Positions 1-9,023 of a DNA stretch of 48,046 bases are shown here, in pieces. This DNA comes from an uncultured Thiotrichales bacterium (GTDB lineage: Bacteria; Pseudomonadota; Gammaproteobacteria; CAZUMV01): the NCBI GenBank assembly GCA_938041655.1, contig CALISW010000084.1, positions 1 to 48,046 on the forward strand, read 5' to 3'. Below the pieces are notes generated by a model. The model saw nothing but the letters and a program-made list of their open reading frames with translations, did no database searches and had not been told where the DNA came from. Within the stretch, counting starts at the first letter, position 1. Every line of letters begins with the position of its first letter. Both the position numbers and the translations under genes were made by a program.

Positions 1-510
1 CTCGCTTGCAGTTGCTGCGGTGTGTAACTGCATCGGAAATTCACTGGTATCACAACCCAGTTCTGACGCCAGATGTCGATACTCAGACCCGATCTGATCC
101 TGATCTCCACCCCGCTCAATTACTTCGGTCATCAAATACTGGCTAGCCTCTTTTGAACCCAAACCAACACGTCGTTTCGCACCGCTAAGCCAGGCAAGGA
201 AACCACTTTTCAATAGCCCCTGACAATCCAGCACCAGATCATATTCTTGTGCTCGAAGTTCGGACTTGAACATACGGATTTTTTTAAAGAGCTGAAAAAA
301 TTTAAAGCCTTTACGCAATTTATCCCAGCCGCTTTTGTCCCAAATGACCACTTCTTTGAGCTGAGGATGATCACGCAGCAAAGGCGCTGACTCTGGCTGC
401 ACCAGCCAATTAATCTCAGCATTAGGAAAGCGTTGTTGCAAGGCATCAACCAACGGGCTTGCCATGACAATATCGCCAATCGCACTCAAACGAATAATGA
501 GTATCTTCAT
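1..510 (-). CDS. Glycosyltransferase family 9 (LPS heptosyltransferase, WaaC/WaaF-like), runs off the window start
   Basis: Not in the ORF track. Manual translation from the ATG at 510 gives MKILIIRLSAIGDIVMASPLVDALQQRFPNAEINWLV...YDLVLDCQGLLKSG, the GT9 N-terminal signature. The start overlaps the stop of the upstream gene (ATGA, 507-510). Confidence 0.9.
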   Translation of the reverse strand, partial: MKILIIRLSAIGDIVMASPLVDALQQRFPNAEINWLVQPESAPLLRDHPQLKEVVIWDKSGWDKLRKGFKFFQLFKKIRMFKSELRAQEYDLVLDCQGLLKSGFLAWLSGAKRRVGLGSKEASQYLMTEVIERGGDQDQIGSEYRHLASELGCDTSEFPMQLHTAATASE

Positions 511-1823
511 CGCTGATCCGAAAAACGGTCACTTACCGTAATCAGCAACAACAGCAGTACCAGCGTGACCGGCAAATTTCTAAGAAACAACCATGAATTA
601 AATAGGCCAAACACCAGATTGAATATCACCAAACCCAACCCGGCCAAGCCGGCAAATACCTGGGTTTGTGTGTGACTGTCGAACAGTGTTCGCCAAAAAT
701 ACAGGCCCGGTAAAATGAATACTCCCAGCATCATTAATAGAAAGCCAAGTAACCCTGTAGTGGCAAGCACGTCAACGTAAATATTATGAAATATAGCAAA
801 AGAGGCTGTGGACAAAGACACTTCACCCTGCTGGATCAAGCGATCCAGATCTTCTTGACCATCTCCGATGCCGGTTCCGAAAACAGGTTGCTTATTCCAG
901 ATATGGTAGCCACCTTGCCATAAATTAAGACGGGCACTCACTGAATTATGCTGAACCTTACCTTCCGTATATTCCTGAACTTGGGCCGCTGTCGAGACAT
1001 ACCGCTGACTGAAATACTCGCTCTGACTAAAAACAGCTGTACCTATTAAAAAAGCACATAGCGAGATGATAATAAATTTATTATGCCCACCGGGTTCTTG
1101 CATGGATTTCAATATAGCCAGAATCAATATCATTAGAGCTGTACAAACTGCCGAAATAATCACGCCACGCGAACCAGCGGCGAGTAACGTGTAAACGCCC
1201 GCAACCACAACAATCAGCAATGGGATTCTGATCCGGTTATCAGAAACACTGACGAACAACGCCAGCACTACCAACCAGTACAAGCCAGCCAGATAAGCAA
1301 AAATATTGGGATTATAACCAGTAAACACCCCCGCTCTATACAAACCCTGAACCTGCAACTGATAAAAAGAAAAGACAAACATAAGGCTGGTAGAAAAAAC
1401 CACCGCAATGGCTATTATATTCGCACTCAGGCCAGCCTGAATTCTATGAAAGGCGAACAGAATTAAAATGACACCAGTGAGAAAGAAGGGATAGTAACTG
1501 TCAAAGCGCCAGCCAGCCGCCTGTAAATCAGCATTGTTAACCAGACTGCTGATCGAACTAAGAAAATACAACAAGAAACCAGCATACAAGAGACGTACCG
1601 CAGCACTGGGGAAAGTGACAGAACCTTTTGCTGACCAGTAACGCTTGCCAAAACTAATCATTGCCCATAACGAAATGATGGCTGCACCATTACTCGCCAC
1701 CTTGGAAAATAAAGGTGAGAACGCCAGAATCAGGCAGACACTCACGGCCAGAATCACCGCAATCTTGTCAGGACTCTCGCTCTGATCTGGGTATAATAAG
1801 TTTTGTAACAACGACGGGCGCAT
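507..1823 (-). CDS. O-antigen ligase family protein (WaaL-like)
   Basis: Many hydrophobic helices; GSRG, SARLNLW, PVFGTGIG and HNIY motifs of the Wzy_C/O-antigen ligase domain; LPS gene context. Confidence 0.85.
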   Translation of the reverse strand: MRPSLLQNLLYPDQSESPDKIAVILAVSVCLILAFSPLFSKVASNGAAIISLWAMISFGKRYWSAKGSVTFPSAAVRLLYAGFLLYFLSSISSLVNNADLQAAGWRFDSYYPFFLTGVILILFAFHRIQAGLSANIIAIAVVFSTSLMFVFSFYQLQVQGLYRAGVFTGYNPNIFAYLAGLYWLVVLALFVSVSDNRIRIPLLIVVVAGVYTLLAAGSRGVIISAVCTALMILILAILKSMQEPGGHNKFIIISLCAFLIGTAVFSQSEYFSQRYVSTAAQVQEYTEGKVQHNSVSARLNLWQGGYHIWNKQPVFGTGIGDGQEDLDRLIQQGEVSLSTASFAIFHNIYVDVLATTGLLGFLLMMLGVFILPGLYFWRTLFDSHTQTQVFAGLAGLGLVIFNLVFGLFNSWLFLRNLPVTLVLLLLLITVSDRFSDQR

Positions 1824-1895
1824 ACACGCTCCTGTATTTCACAGCCGGATTGTACTGACCATCAACTACTCTGACCAGCAACTAAAGCCCAAGCC

Positions 1896-3713
1896 ATGTG
1901 CGGAATAGCGGGAATCATCTGCAAATCGGGCGCTCCAGACCCTATTGATCTTGAGGAAAGTGCCCGACAACTGGCACATCGCGGCCCTGACAATCAGGAT
2001 TATGTGATTCGCGAGAACGTGGGGCTGGTACATACCCGGCTTTCTATCATTGATCTCGAGGGTGGCGATCAGCCATTGTATAGCGACGATCAGCGGCAAG
2101 CACTGATAGTGAATGGTGAAATTTACAATTACCCTGAATTAACTGATCAGCATAAAAAATCAGGCAATAAATACATTACCCACTCAGACTCGGAAACTAT
2201 TCTGCACGAGTTAGAGCTCAACGGGGTAGCCGGAATTAAAAACCTGCATGGCATGTTTGCTTTTGCGCATCATGACTTGCGTAGTGGCACCCTGATACTG
2301 GCAAGAGACAGGTTGGGCATCAAGCCTCTGTATTATGCTCGGGAAAATGATCGCTTGGTATTTGCTTCCGAAATTAAAGCATTACTACCATTACTCAATT
2401 CTACTCCAGACATTAATGAAGCCGCTTTGATCCAGTTTTTACAAAACCAGTTTTCAAGCGGTCGTGACACCATTTTTAAATCAATTCATCGCCTCTTGCC
2501 CGGTGAATATTTACAAGTGGATAAAAACCTGTCACCGCAGATAAAACAGTATTGGTCAGCTTTGGAAGTTAAGCCGCGAAGCATAAACTATCAACAAGCA
2601 GCCGAAGAATTTGATCCACTATTTGAGCAGGTAATCTCCGAGCACATGCGTTCTGATGTTCCTTTTGGACTATTCTTGTCTGGCGGGGTTGATTCCGCAG
2701 TAGTGCTCGCAATGCTGCATCAATTTAATGCTGCCAGCATCAATAGCTATGCGGTTGGCTTCAAGGCTTCGGGCATGCATCATGAGGTCAATGGCGCCAG
2801 ACAAATGTCGGAACTGTTCGGCACCACACATCGGGAAATTGACGTCACACCCGAGCAAGCCTTTGCTCAATTACCCCGAGTAATATGGGCCTGTGATGAT
2901 TTGATGCGCGATTACGCCTGCTTACCCACTGCCGTGATGTCTGAAATTGCCGCGCAGGATTTAAAGGTGGTTTTTACCGGCGAAGGTGGAGATGAAGTAT
3001 TTGCCGGTTATGGCCGCTATCAAAAGTCGAATCTGGAACGCCGCTTAAGAAGCTTGTTGCACCCGGGCAGTGGTGGTTTTAGAACTCGCGGCCAACTTAA
3101 ATCGAAAACCTACAACAACTTGATAGGCTCAACGCTGACCCCGGCTACGCCAACGTACCGCCAGCCCTTTATTGATGCCTGGCAAGCAACACCGGCACGC
3201 TGGTCGAATATTACGCGCAGTCAATATACAGATTTAACCACCGCGCTGCCTGACAACTTATTGAATAAAGTAGACCGCATGACTATGTCATTTGGCCTTG
3301 AAGCCAGAGTCCCTTTTCTGGATCATCGCATTGTCGAGTTTGGACTGTCTCTACCTGACGAATTAAAAATTAAATCCGGTCAGGGTAAATGGTTCCTCAA
3401 ACAATGGGCAGAAAAGCATATTCCCAGAGAGCATCTACAACACAAGAAAACCGGCTTTAACGTACCAGTCAATGACTGGCTGGATGATGCGCTGTTAAAA
3501 AATCTTTCACAGCGTCTGCCGCAACATCGCTCAATTACAGAACGCTTTAATATTGATGCCGTGAAAAATCTGTTTACCGCCCAGGCTCAAGGCAAAAATC
3601 GACGACGCGAAATCTGGTGCCTGATGCAATTTGCCATCTGGCATCAACTATTCATCGAGTCACCAGGAAAAATTCCTGACAGCAATGAGAGTTTGCTTGA
3701 ATGGATACACTAA
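1896..3713 (+). CDS. asnB: Asparagine synthase (glutamine-hydrolysing) family amidotransferase, probably glycan-modifying
   Basis: N-terminal MCGIAG (Ntn Cys), HRGPD, RLSIID, NGEIYN, LSGGVDS, TGEGGDE, EARVPFLD. Confidence 0.9.
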   Translation: MCGIAGIICKSGAPDPIDLEESARQLAHRGPDNQDYVIRENVGLVHTRLSIIDLEGGDQPLYSDDQRQALIVNGEIYNYPELTDQHKKSGNKYITHSDSETILHELELNGVAGIKNLHGMFAFAHHDLRSGTLILARDRLGIKPLYYARENDRLVFASEIKALLPLLNSTPDINEAALIQFLQNQFSSGRDTIFKSIHRLLPGEYLQVDKNLSPQIKQYWSALEVKPRSINYQQAAEEFDPLFEQVISEHMRSDVPFGLFLSGGVDSAVVLAMLHQFNAASINSYAVGFKASGMHHEVNGARQMSELFGTTHREIDVTPEQAFAQLPRVIWACDDLMRDYACLPTAVMSEIAAQDLKVVFTGEGGDEVFAGYGRYQKSNLERRLRSLLHPGSGGFRTRGQLKSKTYNNLIGSTLTPATPTYRQPFIDAWQATPARWSNITRSQYTDLTTALPDNLLNKVDRMTMSFGLEARVPFLDHRIVEFGLSLPDELKIKSGQGKWFLKQWAEKHIPREHLQHKKTGFNVPVNDWLDDALLKNLSQRLPQHRSITERFNIDAVKNLFTAQAQGKNRRREIWCLMQFAIWHQLFIESPGKIPDSNESLLEWIH

Positions 3714-4819
3714 GACCTCATCTGGCGGTATTCATTTCTCTTTCAGGCGCTGGTGGCGTCGAACGAATGGTCATGAATTTGGTGCGCGAATTTTCGCGTT
3801 ACCCTATTAAACTTGACCTGCTGACATTAAAGGCCAACTCAGAACATTTCGCTGATATCCCGTCTACTGTCAGAATCATTCAACTTAAATCGAACAGTTC
3901 GGTCACCTGCATACCTGAACTCAAAAGATATTTTCAGCAAGAGCAACCTGACGCAATGCTGGTGGCAAAAGATCGCGCCGGACGTGCTGCCTTAAAAGCT
4001 CGAAAACGTGCTAGCAGTAGTACTAGAATAGCCATCAGGCTGGGCACTAACCTGTCGAGTGCCCTTACCAAAAGATCCGTTTTGAACCGCTGGTACAGAT
4101 TAAGACGCATCCAAAAAACATATCCACTGGCTGATACCATCATCGCCGTCTCCAATGGTGTGGCTAATGACACGCATACCCTGAGTCATTATCCACTGGA
4201 AAAAATTCAGGTCATCAGAAACCCGGTGATTACCGCTCAGATGCGGGAACAGGCTAAAGAATCAGTCCCGCATGAGTGGTTAAACGATGAGATCCCGGTT
4301 GTAATGGGGGCGGGAAGATTCACCGATCAGAAAGATTTTGATACTCTAATCAACGCCTTTGGTAAACTGTCCGAGAATCGTAATGCACGACTGATAATAC
4401 TGGGCGAAGGTAAGTTACGACCGGAGCTGGAAGCACTAATTGACGAGTTACAGCTCCACGACCAAGTTATTCTCCCCGGCTTTCAATCCAATCTTTATGC
4501 GTGGCTGGCGCACGCCGATCTTTTTGTTTTATCTTCTCGTTGGGAAGGCTCACCGAATGTCTTAACCGAAGCTCTGGCACTGGGCATTCCCAGTGTCTCA
4601 ACTCGCTGCCCCAGCGGGCCCGATGAAATATTACAAAATGGGAAAGTGGGTCCATTGGTAGAGATTGGCGATGTCAATGCTCTCGCGACAGCAATGCAGA
4701 CTACTCTGGAAGCCCCACCTGAAAAGCAGCTGTTGCAAGCTGCCGTCGCCGAGTATACTGCTGCTGTATCCGCACAACGCTATCTAAAAGCCCTGAACAT
4801 TGATGCCACACCAGACTGA
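3701..4819 (+). CDS. Glycosyltransferase family 4 (GT-B)
   Basis: GGVER N-terminus, GRFTDQKDF, SSRWEGSPNVLTEALALG; overlaps the asnB stop. Confidence 0.9.
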   Translation: MDTLRPHLAVFISLSGAGGVERMVMNLVREFSRYPIKLDLLTLKANSEHFADIPSTVRIIQLKSNSSVTCIPELKRYFQQEQPDAMLVAKDRAGRAALKARKRASSSTRIAIRLGTNLSSALTKRSVLNRWYRLRRIQKTYPLADTIIAVSNGVANDTHTLSHYPLEKIQVIRNPVITAQMREQAKESVPHEWLNDEIPVVMGAGRFTDQKDFDTLINAFGKLSENRNARLIILGEGKLRPELEALIDELQLHDQVILPGFQSNLYAWLAHADLFVLSSRWEGSPNVLTEALALGIPSVSTRCPSGPDEILQNGKVGPLVEIGDVNALATAMQTTLEAPPEKQLLQAAVAEYTAAVSAQRYLKALNIDATPD

Positions 4820-4821
4820 TC

Positions 4822-5508
4822 ATGCTGCTCTCTAATCGATTTAATTTCTTGTTTGTACACATCGCCAAGACCGGCGGCACTAGTGTACGTGCAGCCTTGC
4901 AGGGATTGAGATGGCGAGACCCTGTCTACTACCCAATGTTCATTGCCAGTCGTTTGAGTCACCTCACCGGTCACAAGATTGCCAGCAAGCTTCCTCGACA
5001 TGCAAAAATAGTGGCAGCCCAGCAGATGCTGCCGGAAGAATATTTCAAGCAGCTCTATAAATTTACTTTTGTCAGAAACCCCTGGGATTTACAAGTCAGT
5101 TCATTTCACCACATACAGCGAGAACGCCCACATGTGATGAATGGCATTACAGACTTTAAAGAATTTTTATTGTGGAAATTCGATCCTGAAAGACCATACC
5201 AATATCATATTGACACTTCGATAGAGTTGCAGAGTGACTACTTGATTGACCTGCATGGCAATCCTTTAACGGATTTTATAGGTCGTTATGAATCACTGGC
5301 TGAAGATTTCAAACACGTCTGCAACAAAATCGGCCAACCAAAACTAGAGCTGCCGCATAAACGTAAAGCTACCAATCGCAAGAAAGATTATCGAGAATAT
5401 TATAATGATCAGACAGAAGCACTGGTCAGGGAAAAGTTCGCCGCTGATATAGAACTATTTGAATACAACTTCAACGATGGCAAGACTCAGAGCGACTCAG
5501 CTAGCTAA
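4822..5508 (+). CDS. Sulfotransferase family 2 protein
   Basis: 5'-PAPS loop FVHIAKTGGTSV, 3'-phosphate motif FVRNPWDLQVSSF, DFIGRYE. Confidence 0.85.
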   Translation: MLLSNRFNFLFVHIAKTGGTSVRAALQGLRWRDPVYYPMFIASRLSHLTGHKIASKLPRHAKIVAAQQMLPEEYFKQLYKFTFVRNPWDLQVSSFHHIQRERPHVMNGITDFKEFLLWKFDPERPYQYHIDTSIELQSDYLIDLHGNPLTDFIGRYESLAEDFKHVCNKIGQPKLELPHKRKATNRKKDYREYYNDQTEALVREKFAADIELFEYNFNDGKTQSDSAS

Positions 5509-5701
5509 AGGTATATTTGGTTCCGCAGTAGGGACAACAGTATTCTGCGCCCACTTTTTCATCAATCGGTAAAAATACACGTGGGTGTGAAGCCCACGCA
5601 GAAGAAGCATCCATCGGGCAATGCAACGGAAGATCGGCTGCCGTAACGGTGAACTCAGTCGCATCGCTGGGCATAGGGTGGCTGGATTGCTTGTCTTTCA
5701 T
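5501..5701 (-). CDS. Small zinc-finger (zf-CHCC-type) protein
   Basis: LPLHCP...HPRVFL...CPYCGT; this family commonly follows ilvE. Confidence 0.85.
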   Translation of the reverse strand: MKDKQSSHPMPSDATEFTVTAADLPLHCPMDASSAWASHPRVFLPIDEKVGAEYCCPYCGTKYTFS

Positions 5702-5706
5702 AGTCG

Positions 5707-6630
5707 TTACTCTACCGGGGTCAGCCAGTGTTTATAATTATCGTCTTTGCCATGCACGATTTCAAAAAATTTCGACTGGATTTTTTCTGTAATCGGGCCA
5801 CGGCTACCAGCACCAATAGTTCGATTATCTACTTCGCGCACCGGCGTTACTTCTGCCGCAGTGCCGGTAAAAAACACTTCATCGCAAATATACACTTCAT
5901 CTCGAGTGATGCGTTTCTCGACAATTTCATAGCCCAGCTCTGATGCGATCGCGAATACACTACGACGCGTAATACCATTCAATGCAGAAGTTAAATCAGG
6001 TGTGTAAATAACACCATCTTTAATCAGGAATATATTCTCGCCACTGCCTTCGGCCACATAGCCCTCATTATCCAGCAACATGGCTTCATCATAGCCGTCT
6101 GCCACGGCTTCCTGTAAGGCCAGCATGGAATTAATGTAGTGACCATTCGCCTTGGCTTTGCACATGGAAATATTAACGTGGTGTCTGGTGTAAGACGAGG
6201 TCTTGATACGAATCCCTACTTCCATCCCTTCATCACCCAGATAACTACCCCATTCCCAGGCGGCAATACTCAGATGAACATTCAAATTATCGGCTCGTAT
6301 ACCCATTCCTTCTGAACCATAAAACGCCATCGGGCGTAAATACGCTGCCTCGAGGTTATTTAATCTGACGGCATCCAGCTGGGCTTGCATAACAATATCT
6401 TTATCCCAACGCATGGGCATTTGCATGATCTTGGCAGACTCAAACAAGCGATTAGTATGGGCTTCCAGTTGGAAAACAGCGGTGCCAGTCTCAGTCTTGT
6501 AGGCGCGCACCCCTTCGAATACGCCCATGCCGTAATGCAATGTATGGGTGAGCACATGCACATTGGCTTGACGCCAGGGTACAAATTCGCCATCCATCCA
6601 GATTACACCATCACGGTCAGCCATACTCAT
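5707..6630 (-). CDS. ilvE: Branched-chain amino acid aminotransferase
   Basis: LHYGMGVFEGVRAY, AKANGHY (PLP Lys), EGSGENIF, GTAAEVTP. The ATG at 6630 (MSMADRDG) has a GGAG RBS and is preferred over the TTG at 6648. Confidence 0.95.
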   Translation of the reverse strand: MSMADRDGVIWMDGEFVPWRQANVHVLTHTLHYGMGVFEGVRAYKTETGTAVFQLEAHTNRLFESAKIMQMPMRWDKDIVMQAQLDAVRLNNLEAAYLRPMAFYGSEGMGIRADNLNVHLSIAAWEWGSYLGDEGMEVGIRIKTSSYTRHHVNISMCKAKANGHYINSMLALQEAVADGYDEAMLLDNEGYVAEGSGENIFLIKDGVIYTPDLTSALNGITRRSVFAIASELGYEIVEKRITRDEVYICDEVFFTGTAAEVTPVREVDNRTIGAGSRGPITEKIQSKFFEIVHGKDDNYKHWLTPVE

Positions 6631-6727
6631 GGATACTGCTCCACTCAAATTTATTAAAGGCTATCTATTCTCTCGGAACACGGGCATGAGATCAAACAGT
6701 ATTGATCAATTAATTTCTCACGCAGAT

Positions 6728-7852
6728 CTAAAATTCGTTATCCGAGATTTGGGAAGTAAACTGGGTATCTACCAGAGTACCTGAAAGCGTTGTCTCGCCG
6801 GTTTCCGGACCACCGAATGCAGACTTGTTAAAGGCTTTCAAATAAGCCTCTTCAGAATCAATGGTACCTGCACGCAACAACTTCTTGAGTGTACCATCCA
6901 TGGTTTGCATGCCGGAAGCCTTGCCACTCTGCATGGCTGATTCCAGTTGATCACTCTTACCTTCACGAATCAGATTTGAGATGGCGGAGTTGTTGATCAT
7001 GATCTCAATCGCAGCTACCAGACCACTACCATCAGCACGTTTCACCAGTTGCTGAGAGATAACAGCTTTGATCGAAGTTGAAAGCATTGAGCGCACCTGC
7101 GCCTGCTTCATTGCTGGAAACGCATTGATAATACGATCAACTGTCGAAGAAGCGCGATTGGTATGTAAAGTACCCATGACCAGAATTCCAGTTTCAGCTG
7201 CGGTTACTGCCAAGCTGATAGTTTCCAGATCACGTAATTCGCCCACCAGAATTACATCCGGATCTTCACGCAAAGCCGAGCGCAAGGCCGCAGCAAAACT
7301 CTCGGTATGCTGACCCACTTCACGTTGACTGATTAAACACTTGCGACGTTGGTGTACAAATTCAATCGGATCTTCGATACATAAAATATGACCCTTGCGA
7401 TTTTTATTCACTTCATTAATCAAAGCCGCCATCGTGGTTGATTTACCGGAACCGGTTTTTCCAGTCACCAGTATCAAGCCCTGTTTGTGATTACACACCG
7501 ACTTCAACACTTTGGGCAAACCCAGCGCGTCTATACTCGCTGCTTTAGCCGGGATGGTTCTAAACACAGCACCCAGACCATTCAAGTGGCGAAACACATT
7601 GACCCTAAAACGCGACAAGCCTTCAATTTCGTAAGCAAAATCGACGCCGTCTTGTAAATCAAATTGTTGCTGAGCGAAATCGGACATAATCTCGTTCAAG
7701 TAGGCGGCCAGATCATCATTTTTGACTTTTTCGTCACTGATCGCTTCCAGCTCACCATAAATACGCATACGTGCCGGCTCACCTGACATCAAATGCAAAT
7801 CAGAACCATTTTTTTCAATCAGCTCACGCAGTATGTCATCTACTTTATTCAT
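6728..7852 (-). CDS. PilT/PilU-family ATPase (paralog 2)
   Basis: SDLHL, RFRVN, Walker A GKTGSGKST, EDPIEF, LREDPDVILVGELRD, GTLHT, AISNLIRE. Start is the ATG at 7852 (or 7858), overlapping the upstream stop. Confidence 0.92.
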   Translation of the reverse strand: MNKVDDILRELIEKNGSDLHLMSGEPARMRIYGELEAISDEKVKNDDLAAYLNEIMSDFAQQQFDLQDGVDFAYEIEGLSRFRVNVFRHLNGLGAVFRTIPAKAASIDALGLPKVLKSVCNHKQGLILVTGKTGSGKSTTMAALINEVNKNRKGHILCIEDPIEFVHQRRKCLISQREVGQHTESFAAALRSALREDPDVILVGELRDLETISLAVTAAETGILVMGTLHTNRASSTVDRIINAFPAMKQAQVRSMLSTSIKAVISQQLVKRADGSGLVAAIEIMINNSAISNLIREGKSDQLESAMQSGKASGMQTMDGTLKKLLRAGTIDSEEAYLKAFNKSAFGGPETGETTLSGTLVDTQFTSQISDNEF

Positions 7853-8933
7853 CGTCATACTCCGGTAACAAACTCGCATCAGTTATGTAACGCCTGAACT
7901 TCTTTGGCTCTAACGCATATTGGTAGGCATCATCCGGATCCACTTCTTTATTTTGTATTGCCTCCAATAGAGCCTGATCCATTAACTGCATACCTTTATC
8001 TTTGCCCGTCTGGATTTGCGAGGCAATCATGTGAATCTTGTCTTCCATAATCAGTTTACCAATCGCCTTGGTCATAACCATAGATTCAATCACCGCTTTA
8101 CGCCCCCTGCCCTCGGGCACTTTCACCAGAATCTGGGTCATGACACCCAGCAGGCTTTGCGCTAAAAACGTTTTACTCTGATCACGTTGCTCAATCGGCA
8201 CCGCATCAATAATTCGGTCGATACTTTTCACTGCAGTTGTGGTGTGCAATGTTCCAAGCACCAGATGGCCGGTCTCTGCAGCCGTCATTGCCATACCAAC
8301 TGATTCAGCGTCACGTAATTCACCCACCAAAATAACATCTGGGTCTTCACGCAGTGCGGCACGTAATCCCTGTGCAAAACCTTGCACATGCGTTCCAATT
8401 TCGCGCTGGATGACTTGTGAACGTTTACTCTTGTGAATAAATTCTATCGGATCTTCAAGACTGATGATGTTGTCGGTGCGGGTTTCATTAATGTGGTTGA
8501 TGATTGCTGCCAGCGTGGTGGACTTACCAGTACCGGTAGCACCAGTGACCAGAATCATGCCTTGCTGATGATCGATCAAGGAAGTGACTACATCGGGCAA
8601 ATTCAAACTCGCAATGGTAGGAACTTCTGGTGGGATATATCTAAACACCGCACCAGGACCGGTAGATTTTCTAAAGTAGTTGGCGCGGAAACGACCCACC
8701 TCTTCAGCACTGTAGGAAAAATCGAGGTCGTTGCCATCCTGATAGTATTTCTTTTGATTGGGAGTGAGAATTTCCAGCAAGTAAGAACTAAGCTCGCGTT
8801 CTTCCATTTCCCTGAATTTGATTGGCATCAAATCGCCACTCATGCGCAGCATCGGTGGCATACCAACTGCCAAATGCACATCAGAACAGCCTTGTTCTCT
8901 ACCCAGTTTTAAAAACGCGTCCAGTCGTGCCAT
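7845..8933 (-). CDS. PilT/PilU-family ATPase (paralog 1)
   Basis: SDVHL, RFRAN, Walker A GATGTGKST, EDPIEF, LREDPDVILVGELRD, His box TGHLVLGTLH. Confidence 0.92.
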   Translation of the reverse strand: MARLDAFLKLGREQGCSDVHLAVGMPPMLRMSGDLMPIKFREMEERELSSYLLEILTPNQKKYYQDGNDLDFSYSAEEVGRFRANYFRKSTGPGAVFRYIPPEVPTIASLNLPDVVTSLIDHQQGMILVTGATGTGKSTTLAAIINHINETRTDNIISLEDPIEFIHKSKRSQVIQREIGTHVQGFAQGLRAALREDPDVILVGELRDAESVGMAMTAAETGHLVLGTLHTTTAVKSIDRIIDAVPIEQRDQSKTFLAQSLLGVMTQILVKVPEGRGRKAVIESMVMTKAIGKLIMEDKIHMIASQIQTGKDKGMQLMDQALLEAIQNKEVDPDDAYQYALEPKKFRRYITDASLLPEYDDE

Positions 8934-9023
8934 GTATTCTCAACTTAAACAGGTAAACGACCTGTTTTATGATTATGCTGAAAATTATAGCACCGCGACC
9001 TGAAATGTCGCAGCAGAGAGTGG

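Noticed and set aside
210-485. 91-aa minus-strand ORF in the track
   Set aside because: Out-of-frame shadow of the real GT9 gene (1-510).
7220-8360. Similar DNA stretches at about 7230-7272 and 8311-8353
   Set aside because: Both encode the shared LREDPDVILVGELRD Walker B motif of the PilT paralogs; not a mobile or CRISPR repeat.
6728-8933. Calling the pair canonical pilT-pilU
   Set aside because: No yggS/proC context, hallmark motifs have diverged, and neither protein is clearly PilU.
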